Of a stretch of 64,000 nucleotides of DNA, positions 1-10,756 are shown one piece after another. The notes beneath the pieces are model-generated. The model ran no database searches. It had not been told where the DNA came from and saw nothing but the letters and a program-made list of their open reading frames with translations. This stretch comes from an uncultured virus (IMG/VR IMGVR_UViG_3300031565_000002) (taxonomy: Duplodnaviria > Heunggongvirae > Uroviricota > Caudoviricetes): the IMG/VR virus record IMGVR_UViG_3300031565_000002; one strand, written 5' to 3'. The first letter of the stretch is position 1; every line of letters begins with the position of its first letter. The position numbers and the translations under genes are program-made.

Positions 1-59
1 ATATAAAAAAAATCATTAAAAAAACAATAAAATCGATCTATCAGGAGAAAATATCTCCC

Positions 60-536
60 CTAATCAACATTACTAACTATTTCTGAGCTTAAATACATAA
101 CTCCAATACCAACTACAGTCCCAAATCCAAACCAAAAAGTATTATTGAAAAATCCTAATTTACCCCTTCTTTTTTGTAGCTCCTTATCCGTTTCATTAAA
201 CAGATCCTTATAAACAATAATTTTTTTATTCAATAAAATATCACGATCAACACCCAAATCTAATTTGCCTTGTTGTAAAATTACTTTCCTATCTAATAAG
301 AAAATTCTATTATTCAGTTCGAAATTAGTCTTCTCGACAATCTCAACCTTCTGCTGTAACAATTTAACTTTCTCAACATTTAGGCTATCATCTGTCCACG
401 CTACTTCAATTTTTTCAAACTCTTCAACCGTAAAAGCAACCATCGGTTCAGCAAATTTGTAATTTTTACCAGCATCCAATATCTGTTGAGAATAGACAGT
501 AAAAACTATAGCGATAACGATAATCATCACTCTCAT
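60..536 (-). CDS. Hypothetical membrane protein (N-terminal signal/TM, coiled coil, C-terminal TM)
   Basis: Hydrophobic N- and C-terminal segments flank a heptad-rich middle. Confidence 0.6.
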   Translation of the reverse strand: MRVMIIVIAIVFTVYSQQILDAGKNYKFAEPMVAFTVEEFEKIEVAWTDDSLNVEKVKLLQQKVEIVEKTNFELNNRIFLLDRKVILQQGKLDLGVDRDILLNKKIIVYKDLFNETDKELQKRRGKLGFFNNTFWFGFGTVVGIGVMYLSSEIVSNVD

Positions 537-538
537 AA

Positions 539-1027
539 TTACCCCCTATTCAACCTTTCTTTCATCTTCTTAACTTTTTCTTCCAGCGATTCCTTGTCGG
601 TCTTCTTGTCACTATATTGAGCGTCAAGCGTACTCATCTTAGCATCAACACTTTCCTTCTGCTTATTAAGTTTTTCAATCTTATCTTTATTAGTATCAAG
701 ATCCTTATCTAATACCTTTAACTGCTCATCGATCTTACCGGACTTCTCTTTATTATTTTTAAGTTTCTCATCTATAACTTTCAGATCGGATTCAGCTTTA
801 GTTCTTCGTAATTTTGACAATAACTCATCTGCCAATCGACTCTTTTTACCAACAAAAATCTTAACTACAATTACAGTCATAATAGCAAGCACAATGCCTA
901 TGACTATCAGCCAGTGCTTTACCTGCACATTATAGAGTTTAGCGCTAAAACCCTTCTTGTACATGATAATAACAGCAGCTACAACAATGAGTAACAGAAC
1001 TCCCATAATAACGATAAAAGCATCCAT
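539..1027 (-). CDS. Hypothetical membrane-anchored coiled-coil protein
   Basis: Two N-terminal TM segments, then a long K/E/D-rich coiled coil. Confidence 0.65.
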   Translation of the reverse strand: MDAFIVIMGVLLLIVVAAVIIMYKKGFSAKLYNVQVKHWLIVIGIVLAIMTVIVVKIFVGKKSRLADELLSKLRRTKAESDLKVIDEKLKNNKEKSGKIDEQLKVLDKDLDTNKDKIEKLNKQKESVDAKMSTLDAQYSDKKTDKESLEEKVKKMKERLNRG

Positions 1028-1030
1028 TCG

Positions 1031-1948
1031 TTACCTCCCATTGAATAATTCAAAAACGGGTATCCAATTCCTTGCCCTTTTTTCCCACGTCCAACTTTCT
1101 TCAACTATTTCACGACTTTTAATGCCCATAACACGACAACGATCCCTATCTCCCCTTAATGTCAATATATAATGAGCAAAACTTCTAATAGTTTCCTGTA
1201 TTTTATTATTATCCCCAATATTATAAGCATCAACAATGAATCCATTTTCCCCGTGTTGTATAAATTCAGATATCGCCCCTACATTAGTAGAAATTAATGC
1301 CTTCCCACACGATGCTGCTTCAAACATAGGGTTAGGAGCACCTTCTGTTAAACTTGTACATATTTGACAATCTACATTATCAAAAAACGATGGCATATCA
1401 CTATACTTAATACTATTTTTGGGAGTATTACTTAACAACTTAAATTCTATATTTTTATGTATAGATAACTGTTTCATTAAAGGTAATAAAACAGATGTAT
1501 AACCCTTTATGTCAATTTTACCAGATGTCTTCTGTGCTACCCACCCAATAACAAAAGTCTCACTTTCAGGCTTACTAACTGGAATAAACATATCATGATG
1601 AACTCCACCTTGAGCACAAAAAACATTATCATTTTGATCTTTTAATTTATCATAAATAATACGAGAAGTTCCTACTAACGCTTTATATTTAGGGAATATC
1701 TTCTTAGATGCATCGTAATGCAATAATTCAAAATTATGACTAGAAACCCCTGCTGACACTTTATCAGGCATCGATTGCATATCATACCAACTCATAAAAT
1801 GCACTAAATCATACTCATCTATAAACTTACGATGAAAAGCTGATTTAGGGACTTTATCAATATTATATTCAGGCAGATACCTTATAACAGCACTAGCATC
1901 ACGATCAAATGCCCAGTTAAGAATATCAGGGACTAATAATATTTTCAT
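1031..1948 (-). CDS. Glycosyltransferase family 4 (GT-B)
   Basis: TSLTEGAPNPMFEAASCGKALISTNVGAISEFIQHGENG matches the GT4 EX7E motif. Confidence 0.9.
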   Translation of the reverse strand: MKILLVPDILNWAFDRDASAVIRYLPEYNIDKVPKSAFHRKFIDEYDLVHFMSWYDMQSMPDKVSAGVSSHNFELLHYDASKKIFPKYKALVGTSRIIYDKLKDQNDNVFCAQGGVHHDMFIPVSKPESETFVIGWVAQKTSGKIDIKGYTSVLLPLMKQLSIHKNIEFKLLSNTPKNSIKYSDMPSFFDNVDCQICTSLTEGAPNPMFEAASCGKALISTNVGAISEFIQHGENGFIVDAYNIGDNNKIQETIRSFAHYILTLRGDRDRCRVMGIKSREIVEESWTWEKRARNWIPVFELFNGR

Positions 1949-2517
1949 TTTTCAATCCTTATAATAGAAAACTTATCCTGCATAATTGAAATAGATACTG
2001 AATAACATTCCATTATATTTTTCCCTATAATTTCATTCAAAGACTCTTCAGAAAAATGATGAACCATAAATGGTGTCTCTACCGTAATGTATTGCTCGAC
2101 ATGATTAGTAACAATAATAACCTTATCTTTAGCTACTCTTACCATCTCACTAACAGCCATCGATGGGTCTAATGTATGCTGTAACATAGCTACGCTCACA
2201 ACAGTAGAGAAACTATTATTATCAAAAGGTAAATCTGTAGCATTAGCCACTTTAAACTCAGTATTTACCAATAATTTCTTGGCTTCTTCAACCATAGATG
2301 ATTAAAAATCAACTGCAAAATCAGGAGAATATAACAATCCAGAATCACCGACACCACAACCGACTTCTAATAATGGATGTGTAATTTCTCCCAATAAAGG
2401 TAGCACCAAATCTTCTAAATCTTTTTGATTATTTGGGTTCTCAATATGAAATTTTTGATGATGATATTTTGATTCCCCATTAAAATAATCTAACGTTCTA
2501 TTATGCAATTCACTCAT
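1945..2517 (-). pseudogene. Class I SAM-dependent methyltransferase interrupted by one in-frame TAA
   Basis: ORFs 2302..2517 (LEVGCGVG motif I) and 1945..2295 (DLPFDNNSF, LQH) are in frame and separated by TAA at 2302-2304. Confidence 0.75.
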
Positions 2518-3068
2518 GCTACCCTCCTAATTAACCATATTGAATCTTTAAAAAATTCTACAGAACTAAACCTTTCATCAACGGCTTGCTTAACCCCTTT
2601 ATAACCATCTTTATAATCATGACCACAAAAAATACCACCAGGCTTAATTTTAGGTAACCATTCATCTATATCTTTAGAAGCATATTCATAATCATGATTA
2701 GCATCTAAAAATAACCAATCAACCGAATTATCATTAAACTGTTTAGCTGAATCAGCAGAATCACCAACAATAACATGATTATCAAATTCTATCATATTTT
2801 TTGTAAATTCAGCCATAACATCCTCTTCAGTGGCTCTTTTTCGTTGAGTAGGATTAGTTACAGCCCCTTCAAAAGTATCTATACTATACAATAACTGACC
2901 CCTACCAGAATCTCTAATGCCGCTAGCGATAGCATGACTACTTCTACCTTTCCAACACCCGATTTCAATAATAACAGAATCACTATGTAACTGCAACATC
3001 TGATTATATAAAAAATCTAACTCATGCTTAAGTATCCATCCCTGAATGCCAATATCTTTATATAACAT
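2514..3068 (-). CDS. Class I SAM-dependent methyltransferase (Methyltransf_24-like)
   Basis: IEIGCWKGRS, FLDANHDY, KPGGIFCGHDY motifs. Confidence 0.88.
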   Translation of the reverse strand: MLYKDIGIQGWILKHELDFLYNQMLQLHSDSVIIEIGCWKGRSSHAIASGIRDSGRGQLLYSIDTFEGAVTNPTQRKRATEEDVMAEFTKNMIEFDNHVIVGDSADSAKQFNDNSVDWLFLDANHDYEYASKDIDEWLPKIKPGGIFCGHDYKDGYKGVKQAVDERFSSVEFFKDSIWLIRRVA

Positions 3069-3079
3069 ATTATCCCCTT

Positions 3080-3808
3080 TTATGTGTAACTTTTAATAAT
3101 AGGATTATTAATTGCCCTTGTCTGAGATAACTTATGATAATCTACAACCCTATTATTTTCATCCCTATAAGTATTAGTATATCTTCTATGCGATCCGTCA
3201 TGCTGCCTATGGAAATAAAGGACTTTTTCTACAATACATATATCAAAATATTTTAAAATACGAATCCAATAATTATAATCTTGACCCACCCTTAATTTAG
3301 GATCAAAATACCCTATTTTATCAAAAACAGATCTTGTCCACATAGTAGAACCACCGGCAAGAAAATTACTATTTCCTATATTACTTTTTATATGATCAAC
3401 ACCAGTTTTATTAACAGCTTTTACCCATGAATTATGAGATTCATTCCCATTACTGTCTATACTACCTATTCTACATGATACAAAATCATAACCACTTTCT
3501 AACATTTTAACTTGCTCATACAGTCTATCGGGAGCACTGATATCATCATTATCTTGCCTACAAAAATATTCCCCTCTACTTGCATCAAGTATCCTATTTA
3601 ATGTATATGGGACTCCCATTTGTTTATCGTTCTCTAATATTATAATCCTGTTATCATTATACTTATTTAGAATATCACTTACAGGCTCAGTAGAACAATC
3701 ATTAATAATTATCAAATCAAAATCAGTATAAGTCTGAGACAAAATACTATCAATACTTTGTTGTAAATATTTAATATTATTACGACATGGCATCATTACA
3801 GTAATCAT
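3080..3808 (-). CDS. Glycosyltransferase family 2 (GT-A)
   Basis: ITVMMPCRN, IINDCST, RQDNDD DxD motif, QDY. Confidence 0.92.
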   Translation of the reverse strand: MITVMMPCRNNIKYLQQSIDSILSQTYTDFDLIIINDCSTEPVSDILNKYNDNRIIILENDKQMGVPYTLNRILDASRGEYFCRQDNDDISAPDRLYEQVKMLESGYDFVSCRIGSIDSNGNESHNSWVKAVNKTGVDHIKSNIGNSNFLAGGSTMWTRSVFDKIGYFDPKLRVGQDYNYWIRILKYFDICIVEKVLYFHRQHDGSHRRYTNTYRDENNRVVDYHKLSQTRAINNPIIKSYT

Positions 3809-3809
3809 A

Positions 3810-4742
3810 CTAACCCTTTTTTAACAAAAAATTATTAACTATACCAATAAATTTCTTTGAATAAATATCTAATGTTCTATGTCTAACATTTTCAGAATAA
3901 CCCTTTTCTACCAATTTATTCCTATCATTAGAATAAACAACATAATGAGCTATCTTTTCTGCTATCTCATCATTTGTCATTTTATTATCAATCTCAAGCA
4001 TCCACCCCTTATACCAATTATGATTTTCATCAGGAATATCTCCACAAAGCAAAGATTTACATAGTGGAACTTCAACATACTTTGATAATGCATATCTGTG
4101 TTTACTGCTACACGCCAACACTATCTTTGCCTTATTCAATTCTGTAGCATAATCAACTATCTGCTGCTCAACATTTTCTATGTTATACCCTGGATGTCTT
4201 AAAATTCTACAATTGAAATTCCTTAAAATTTCACTATTAATCACACGTTGAAACCTTGCCCTTAATGGATAATGGGTAGGAGAAAGAGCCCCAGTTACCA
4301 ATACATCACACTCCCTCATAAGTCCATAATCCCTAAATATATTCTTGCTAACGCAATGCGGATTATGGAAAAATTCTGCAGTTTTAATATGACCGTACTG
4401 CCGAATATCATTCTGGTGATGACAAAGTATTAGACTTGATCCACTTCTTTGTATCTCCTCAGTCGTCCATCTAACATCCCACATCTCATTATACCTTAAA
4501 CAACATGGAATATCATTAACCTGATCAAACCCAGGCATCTCTAGCGGTTTATACCAAAGTATTATATCAGGATTATATTTATCAGCAACTTGCTTAACAT
4601 TATCAAAATCATCCCAACCAGGGCCTGATTTAAATACAGTAACATCAGTATTATTGCCTATTGTCTCAATGGAATGGAACCTGACCCTATCCAATTTATG
4701 TTCCCAATGCTTCTTATCACAAAGATACAAAATCTTGAGCAT
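3810..4742 (-). CDS. Glycosyltransferase, GT-B fold (CgeB-like)
   Basis: YATELNKAKIVL...KYVEVPLCKSLL C-terminal GT-B motif; cluster context. Confidence 0.75.
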   Translation of the reverse strand: MLKILYLCDKKHWEHKLDRVRFHSIETIGNNTDVTVFKSGPGWDDFDNVKQVADKYNPDIILWYKPLEMPGFDQVNDIPCCLRYNEMWDVRWTTEEIQRSGSSLILCHHQNDIRQYGHIKTAEFFHNPHCVSKNIFRDYGLMRECDVLVTGALSPTHYPLRARFQRVINSEILRNFNCRILRHPGYNIENVEQQIVDYATELNKAKIVLACSSKHRYALSKYVEVPLCKSLLCGDIPDENHNWYKGWMLEIDNKMTNDEIAEKIAHYVVYSNDRNKLVEKGYSENVRHRTLDIYSKKFIGIVNNFLLKKG

Positions 4743-4743
4743 A

Positions 4744-6342
4744 CTAACTCCCGTCCTTTACAATCTTATGATATCTACGGCTATCTGTCTTAATAATATT
4801 CAAAGAGTCAATTTCATCAATACGAGCGACTATCATTTTATGATATTCATGATAATTTTTTGACCCATTACCATAAATCAATAAGACACCACCAGGAATA
4901 AGAACCCTATTAGCCTCCCTGAAAAACACTGTAAATAACGCTATTAACTTTTCATCAAAAATCCACAACCCATCATGAGATGGTATCCAACCCTCACCAT
5001 TCTCATTGTCATGTCTCATGTAATCCTTAAAAACCTGCTCAATAGATCCCTGACTATTAATAATAGATAAAGAACAATCATCAAAAGGTAATCTACCATT
5101 CTCTAAATAATTCTCAAATCCATCATACTTTATATCGATGCACTGTCTGTTATGTAATAACTCAGAAAGCTTATGATATTTTCTCCCCATCATATTATGC
5201 ACACCAGCCCTACACTCTACCCCAATAATTCTATTACCATAAAATCGACAAATTTCCAAAAATTCACCAGGGCCAGTCCCTATATCAAAAACATATCCAC
5301 CACCATTTTTTATAATAGGGAGATTTTTATTAATATGATCATTCTGTTCTTTTAATCTTGCTCGCCGATTATATTTCTTACTAATAAAAGCATCCTGCAA
5401 CAAATCTACATAATCCAAATCCCAATCATCATTAGGTGACGGATATAACTCCAATTCAGTAGGCTCTACCATTTTATTAAATACCTCCTCAAATATTTTT
5501 ACATGACTTTTCCAAGACCACTCTCTATCTATCGTATTTCTAATATTTTTACCACATTTATTCGCCATAGGAATAATTTTACGTAAAGCAGAAACTAAAG
5601 CATTAACATTCCTCTCACATATAATTCCATTCTCACCATCAACTATAAGAGAATCTGCTATACCAGCATGAGACGATATTATTGGCAATCCACATGCAGC
5701 AGCCTCAATAAGCCCATTCTGCCGACCTGCCGATTCACTCATGTCAACATATATATCTATTTCTTCATGATAATACTTAACCATTTCATCTTCACTCCTC
5801 ATCCTATCTTCTCTTATCGCAGGATTAAAGACAAAATTAAGATTTGCACAAGCCTTCCTAATAATATGTAAACCACGAAAAGCTTCCCCAAAATTTCTTG
5901 AACTCCCTGCCCATCCAACTACTGGTTGACTTCCTATTTTACAATCAGAAAAATAAAACTTATCAGTATCAACACCACCCGGGGCAAGAATAACATTTGG
6001 GTGCATCTTCGAAAATCTATCATAGAGTTTTTGATTAGATACAGCAATAACTCTGGCTACATTTACCACTTTTTGTGGATCATTATAAAAAGCATGCCTA
6101 ACATTACTTCTAATGGCAAGTACTAATTTATCCCTGGGAATATTATTTTTCTCTATAAGATGATATTGATAATCACATAAAAATAAAACAACAGAATATT
6201 TACTATGATCGATGTTACCACTCTTTTTAGTATAATGAACGCCGACATCCCAACCTTCAATATTATCCCTAATACCTCGATATATCTTATCAAAGACCCA
6301 CCATTCGGCATCCGCTACCACTAATACTTTTTTATTTATCAT
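4744..6342 (-). CDS. GT4 glycosyltransferase fused to a class I SAM methyltransferase
   Basis: N-terminal LIEAAACGLPII; C-terminal FDIGTGPG, LPFDD, NRVLIPGG. Confidence 0.85.
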   Translation of the reverse strand: MINKKVLVVADAEWWVFDKIYRGIRDNIEGWDVGVHYTKKSGNIDHSKYSVVLFLCDYQYHLIEKNNIPRDKLVLAIRSNVRHAFYNDPQKVVNVARVIAVSNQKLYDRFSKMHPNVILAPGGVDTDKFYFSDCKIGSQPVVGWAGSSRNFGEAFRGLHIIRKACANLNFVFNPAIREDRMRSEDEMVKYYHEEIDIYVDMSESAGRQNGLIEAAACGLPIISSHAGIADSLIVDGENGIICERNVNALVSALRKIIPMANKCGKNIRNTIDREWSWKSHVKIFEEVFNKMVEPTELELYPSPNDDWDLDYVDLLQDAFISKKYNRRARLKEQNDHINKNLPIIKNGGGYVFDIGTGPGEFLEICRFYGNRIIGVECRAGVHNMMGRKYHKLSELLHNRQCIDIKYDGFENYLENGRLPFDDCSLSIINSQGSIEQVFKDYMRHDNENGEGWIPSHDGLWIFDEKLIALFTVFFREANRVLIPGGVLLIYGNGSKNYHEYHKMIVARIDEIDSLNIIKTDSRRYHKIVKDGS

Positions 6343-7079
6343 AAATCATAACAATACTGATAAGGCTTCATGTTACAAATATATTCTTTATTTTTTCTTT
6401 GCTCTTCTAATCTTAATTTATCATCACTAAAAGGTGTTTCTTTATTATAAACATATAATGGTTCAGGAATATGTCTTATTCTTCCAATCCCTGCCATTTC
6501 TATTGCCGGAAACATTATCGCTACATCCCATGCACTTTTAAAATACCTACTATTCTGATCTCTTAAATCTGAGTCTTTTATTCTCTTCCATACTTTATAT
6601 TTCATAGTCCTTAATGCTGTCCCCCTCCAATAAGAATTCCTTATCCCAACAACAAAATCCCTATCCCTATAGGGCTCACTATTATTGGGCATATTATTAG
6701 ATGGGAATCCAACCCAACTACCATGCGTAACTAAAACATAAGGGCTACTTTCATAATAAGATTCAACGATAGATAATACGTTTTCGCTATATAACCAATC
6801 ATCAGCATCAACAAAAACAATTACATCATTATCTTTCGGTTTCAATAACTCTATTGCTTTAATTATATTGGGAATAGCATATAATCTTTTTTTATTAATC
6901 TTAACACCCAATATATCAGATGCATATCTACTTGCTTTCCTATATGTCAAATCATCGGCAGGATCAAGAATAACCTGCGCTCTCCAATTGGTATTATCTT
7001 GAACAATAATAGATTTCAAACACTTCTCAACATAATCATCAGCAGGACCGCCAACAACAACTATCTTAAAATTAATCAC
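6339..7079 (-). CDS. Glycosyltransferase family 2
   Basis: KCLKSII, FVDADDWL DxD motif; probable GTG start at 7079. Confidence 0.85.
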   Translation of the reverse strand: MINFKIVVVGGPADDYVEKCLKSIIVQDNTNWRAQVILDPADDLTYRKASRYASDILGVKINKKRLYAIPNIIKAIELLKPKDNDVIVFVDADDWLYSENVLSIVESYYESSPYVLVTHGSWVGFPSNNMPNNSEPYRDRDFVVGIRNSYWRGTALRTMKYKVWKRIKDSDLRDQNSRYFKSAWDVAIMFPAIEMAGIGRIRHIPEPLYVYNKETPFSDDKLRLEEQRKNKEYICNMKPYQYCYDL

Positions 7080-7959
7080 CGTTAGCACCCATAACAAAAG
7101 TCATAAACTCATGTTCCTGACCTGCAGACTTTAACTGTTGATACCTTTTATATAAAAAATGTTCCTTGATTATCTCCGGATGATCAGAAAATGGATATGG
7201 ATTCATACTATTTAAATCAGCACAAACAATATGCTCCCTAACCCATTCACTAGCTGTATCATTAAGATGTTGACAATCAAAAGAAGCATCGCTTCTCGAA
7301 ATGTAATATTTAACCCTTAATAATAAACTCTCCCAATTTTTCATCTTAGAGTAATGATAACAACGAATACCATTAAAAAACAAAACTTCCGACTGACCAG
7401 ACCTTTCAAAATTTATTCTATCCCACATTTTCCCGACATTTTTCCTATAAATATTTTGCCCATCTATAGGGTCTCCCCAATAACCAATTTCATCGACATC
7501 ATTCTTATATACTCTTTCCATATAATTTTTCTTATTGTAATGTTCAAAATCAAAAAAATTATAATGCGGAAAAAGAATCATATTACAATCAGAAGATACA
7601 TCGTCTATTTTAAGTCTTAATTTTCTTAAATGATTTCTCTTATAAAATTCATCGGCATCAACAATAAATATCCAATCTCCAGTGCACTGCTTTAACGCAA
7701 ACTGTCTCTGCTCCAGTTTATGGGCAAAAATCATTTCTTTGTGAAAAATAATCTTACCATCTGGATCAGGAAATTTATCAACAATTCTAAACCCAGAACC
7801 ATCAAACTTCGCCCCAGCACCCCTTAACAAATCAACCATACCTTCTACAATGACAATCTGATCAACATAATTGTAAATATTTTTAAGACAAGACTCCAAC
7901 CATAAATAATCATTAAAGTAAATAATCATCGCCGAAACAGTTTTTTTGTAATTAATCAT
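7072..7959 (-). CDS. Glycosyltransferase family 2
   Basis: LESCLKNI, CTGDWIFIVDADEF. Confidence 0.85.
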   Translation of the reverse strand: MINYKKTVSAMIIYFNDYLWLESCLKNIYNYVDQIVIVEGMVDLLRGAGAKFDGSGFRIVDKFPDPDGKIIFHKEMIFAHKLEQRQFALKQCTGDWIFIVDADEFYKRNHLRKLRLKIDDVSSDCNMILFPHYNFFDFEHYNKKNYMERVYKNDVDEIGYWGDPIDGQNIYRKNVGKMWDRINFERSGQSEVLFFNGIRCYHYSKMKNWESLLLRVKYYISRSDASFDCQHLNDTASEWVREHIVCADLNSMNPYPFSDHPEIIKEHFLYKRYQQLKSAGQEHEFMTFVMGANGD

Positions 7960-8692
7960 TTTCCAATGCCTTCATATCTTTGTATAAATCTATATATTCA
8001 AAATTTTCGGGAACTCTTATATTAGAAACAAGATAATGTTTTATAGTCCCAGATTCAGACACTACCACTTCATCAAATATTGTCTGTCTATAACCATCTA
8101 ACATTTTATCTCTCTTATTATCGCTATTATACATTTTCTGATTATGTGTTGTAGCCTTGCTGTTAACGCCAAACTTCCCCGATTGCTTTTTATGCTTAAC
8201 ATGATAAATTTCCATCCCCAATTTAGTAAGTGGACACCGAATACTTATTATACCATCTTCAGCACCCCAACCAATAAGTAAATTTGAATAACCATTAGAC
8301 TGTTCAAATTCAGATCTCTTAAAAACAATACAACCACCATGCCCCGGTCTTTTCAATTTCTCATCAGTAATTTTCGGATTCTTAATATCATCTTCTATAA
8401 TTGTAATAAGATATGACCAAGGCACAAATGGCCTTTTCATTCTACCTGTCATTTCTTCAAAATCAATCTTTTCTATAAACCTTATGTCAGCATCAATAAT
8501 TGCTATTGTACTACCACTTGATTTTTTAAAACCAATATTCCTAACTTGCCCCAATTTGAATGGTTCATCGTTATTTTGCTCAACTATTACAACCTCATAC
8601 TCACTACCCCTATAACATTTACGGATATTATAAATTAAACCATCCAGCATATAGAGCCGACTGCTATTTATGGGAACTATAAAACTAATCAC
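7952..8692 (-). CDS. GT2/GT7-like glycosyltransferase
   Basis: ISFIVP, VEQ, IDAD, GYSNLLIGWGAED; GTG start with GGAG upstream. Confidence 0.85.
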   Translation of the reverse strand: MISFIVPINSSRLYMLDGLIYNIRKCYRGSEYEVVIVEQNNDEPFKLGQVRNIGFKKSSGSTIAIIDADIRFIEKIDFEEMTGRMKRPFVPWSYLITIIEDDIKNPKITDEKLKRPGHGGCIVFKRSEFEQSNGYSNLLIGWGAEDGIISIRCPLTKLGMEIYHVKHKKQSGKFGVNSKATTHNQKMYNSDNKRDKMLDGYRQTIFDEVVVSESGTIKHYLVSNIRVPENFEYIDLYKDMKALEND

Positions 8693-8705
8693 AAAAATTC
8701 TCCAA

Positions 8706-9557
8706 TTAAATATGTGGATCGCTAAAATGATCCTCATTAAATTCATCATCGTTTTTTAGCAATTCTGTATGACCATCATTAAAGGTCAAAAGAATATCGT
8801 CACTAGTTTCACCTAAAAACTCACCATAAATCATTCCCAGGTCTATATACTTTTTTATCAATTCTTCACCAAAAGTATCGCTCAAAAATTCAGGAGCAAA
8901 TTGGAACTTAATCTCCACCTCTCCTGTGTCAACTTTCTTCAAACCTTCGAGTAAATCTATGTAATATTCCCATCCTTCTTTAATCTTATGATCAGGAATA
9001 TTTTCTGACCATTCAAGTTCTATAGAATCTTTATCGCAAAAATCATAATGCGTATCAATATACGCTAGTATAAAACCTTCAGCAGATTTCCTATCTAAAT
9101 AATCAATAGGTATAACACCACCTATAAAAGATGGCTTCACCCCAAAATCATCCACCGGAACATTTGGCAAATCTGTTTCATATTTATCAGGATCATCAAA
9201 ATAATCATAATAATAACCCATAACAATATGATTACATTTTAAAATATCCGTAAGAGTCATACCAAAAACGGAAGTATCATTCAGTTCTTCTTCTACACTA
9301 CCAGGCTCATCTAATTCCAGTTGCTCTCCATATTTACCATTGAGGTCACTTATACTTTCTTCGATAAATTTTCTAGACTGAACTTCGGTAAGTTTTTCGT
9401 CAAAGAAAACACCATTAACAAAGACAGTGATATATACATCCATCTTCGAAATAGTAGCAGGCGTGCCATCCGCGTGCTTATACCCTTTTTCTGCCCATAG
9501 CAATCCTAGAGACGTTGACTCTAGGGTGACTTTTACCTTTTTCTGATTCTTCACCAT
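8706..9557 (-). CDS. Hypothetical acidic protein
   Basis: 283-aa ORF in the minus-strand gene run. Confidence 0.6.
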   Translation of the reverse strand: MVKNQKKVKVTLESTSLGLLWAEKGYKHADGTPATISKMDVYITVFVNGVFFDEKLTEVQSRKFIEESISDLNGKYGEQLELDEPGSVEEELNDTSVFGMTLTDILKCNHIVMGYYYDYFDDPDKYETDLPNVPVDDFGVKPSFIGGVIPIDYLDRKSAEGFILAYIDTHYDFCDKDSIELEWSENIPDHKIKEGWEYYIDLLEGLKKVDTGEVEIKFQFAPEFLSDTFGEELIKKYIDLGMIYGEFLGETSDDILLTFNDGHTELLKNDDEFNEDHFSDPHI

Positions 9558-10323
9558 TTATAATAGCCTCAAAAGATTCTCTTAAAACATTAACTAATGC
9601 ATCATGATTATTTTCTACACCATCGCCAGTATGCTCAAATTTCTTTATAATATCAGTCAATTGATCATCGGTATAATTATCGCTATCACAAACAGTATTC
9701 TCTACAAATTCACATTCAAAAACAAATACTATACCATCCTCACTAAAATGAAAATCTTTCATTTTAGCAGAATCACCAGGAAAAGTCCGGTTATTTACTA
9801 CCTCATCAAATTCAATATGATCCCTTAATACATCATTGAAAAAATCACTCTTATAAGCATAACCAGAAGATTTGTTACTGCAATATTTTATAATCTCACT
9901 AAATTTTACTTTCAAACTATATGTTTTAGTAACATTAAGAGAAACACTGATAGCATCCCGAAATAATTCAGCCTTATATTTATCGGGATCCTTATAACTC
10001 TCATCTCTCCATATAACTTCATATTTATCTCTCTCATTCAACTCATTTATAATATCATCAATAGATGTTACACCCTCAACGTCCATATTCATAACACCAA
10101 ACCCAGGGGCATCTGATTCTCTTTCTAATTCATAAAAAGCATGACTGAGTTCAGAATTTAACATAGTGTACCCTTTATCATACTTAAAAATCAGAGCATA
10201 TTCCTTTAAGTCAAAATCTACACCCATCCCATTATCTACAGTTTCCCCGACCAATGGTGTTTTCAGAATAACAATCGGACTAACATGATTGCCGTCACAT
10301 ATCTCTTTAATCTTATCTATCAT
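9478..10323 (-). CDS. Hypothetical acidic protein
   Basis: 281-aa ORF coupled to the upstream gene (ATGA overlap). Confidence 0.6.
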   Translation of the reverse strand: MIDKIKEICDGNHVSPIVILKTPLVGETVDNGMGVDFDLKEYALIFKYDKGYTMLNSELSHAFYELERESDAPGFGVMNMDVEGVTSIDDIINELNERDKYEVIWRDESYKDPDKYKAELFRDAISVSLNVTKTYSLKVKFSEIIKYCSNKSSGYAYKSDFFNDVLRDHIEFDEVVNNRTFPGDSAKMKDFHFSEDGIVFVFECEFVENTVCDSDNYTDDQLTDIIKKFEHTGDGVENNHDALVNVLRESFEAIINGEESEKGKSHPRVNVSRIAMGRKRV

Positions 10324-10751
10324 ATTACCTCATCTTTCAAAAAATTAGCTTCATCAACTGACTTATGGACAGCCCCAACCCCACCATTTATATGAGAAAA
10401 AAATCGGTAAACACATTCATCTTCACGATTAACCCTAAAGACAGTCAACTTCTCTTTCATATGATCATCAACCTTAACATTCATAACTTTCAAAACTAAC
10501 CTGTCAGACTCTGGATCAAGTTCAACATAATTAACGTCTTCACCTACTGCATCCATAAAATCATCAATGTCACTTTGACTATATACATCTTTCTCCTTGT
10601 TCTGCCCTATCCTAAAATAAAGACAATATTTTCTTTGATCTGGAGAAAGATTTTCTGTACTTTCATCAGCAGTACAATATCCATCTTCATTATTTGAACA
10701 AATAATTTCATCACAATCAAAATCGTCTATTTCCTGCATACAATATGGCAT
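10320..10751 (-). CDS. Hypothetical protein, Cys-rich N-terminus
   Basis: 143-aa ORF; C-x4-C-x7-C pattern. Confidence 0.55.
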   Translation of the reverse strand: MPYCMQEIDDFDCDEIICSNNEDGYCTADESTENLSPDQRKYCLYFRIGQNKEKDVYSQSDIDDFMDAVGEDVNYVELDPESDRLVLKVMNVKVDDHMKEKLTVFRVNREDECVYRFFSHINGGVGAVHKSVDEANFLKDEVI

Positions 10752-10756
10752 AATAA

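Noticed and set aside
60..1027. Spanin or holin lysis genes
   Set aside because: Topology is suggestive, but there is no lipobox Cys and no endolysin in view
1945..2517. Genome-wide stop-codon reassignment
   Set aside because: Only one in-frame stop seen; conserved genes are intact in the standard code, all three stops terminate genes, and no suppressor tRNA was found
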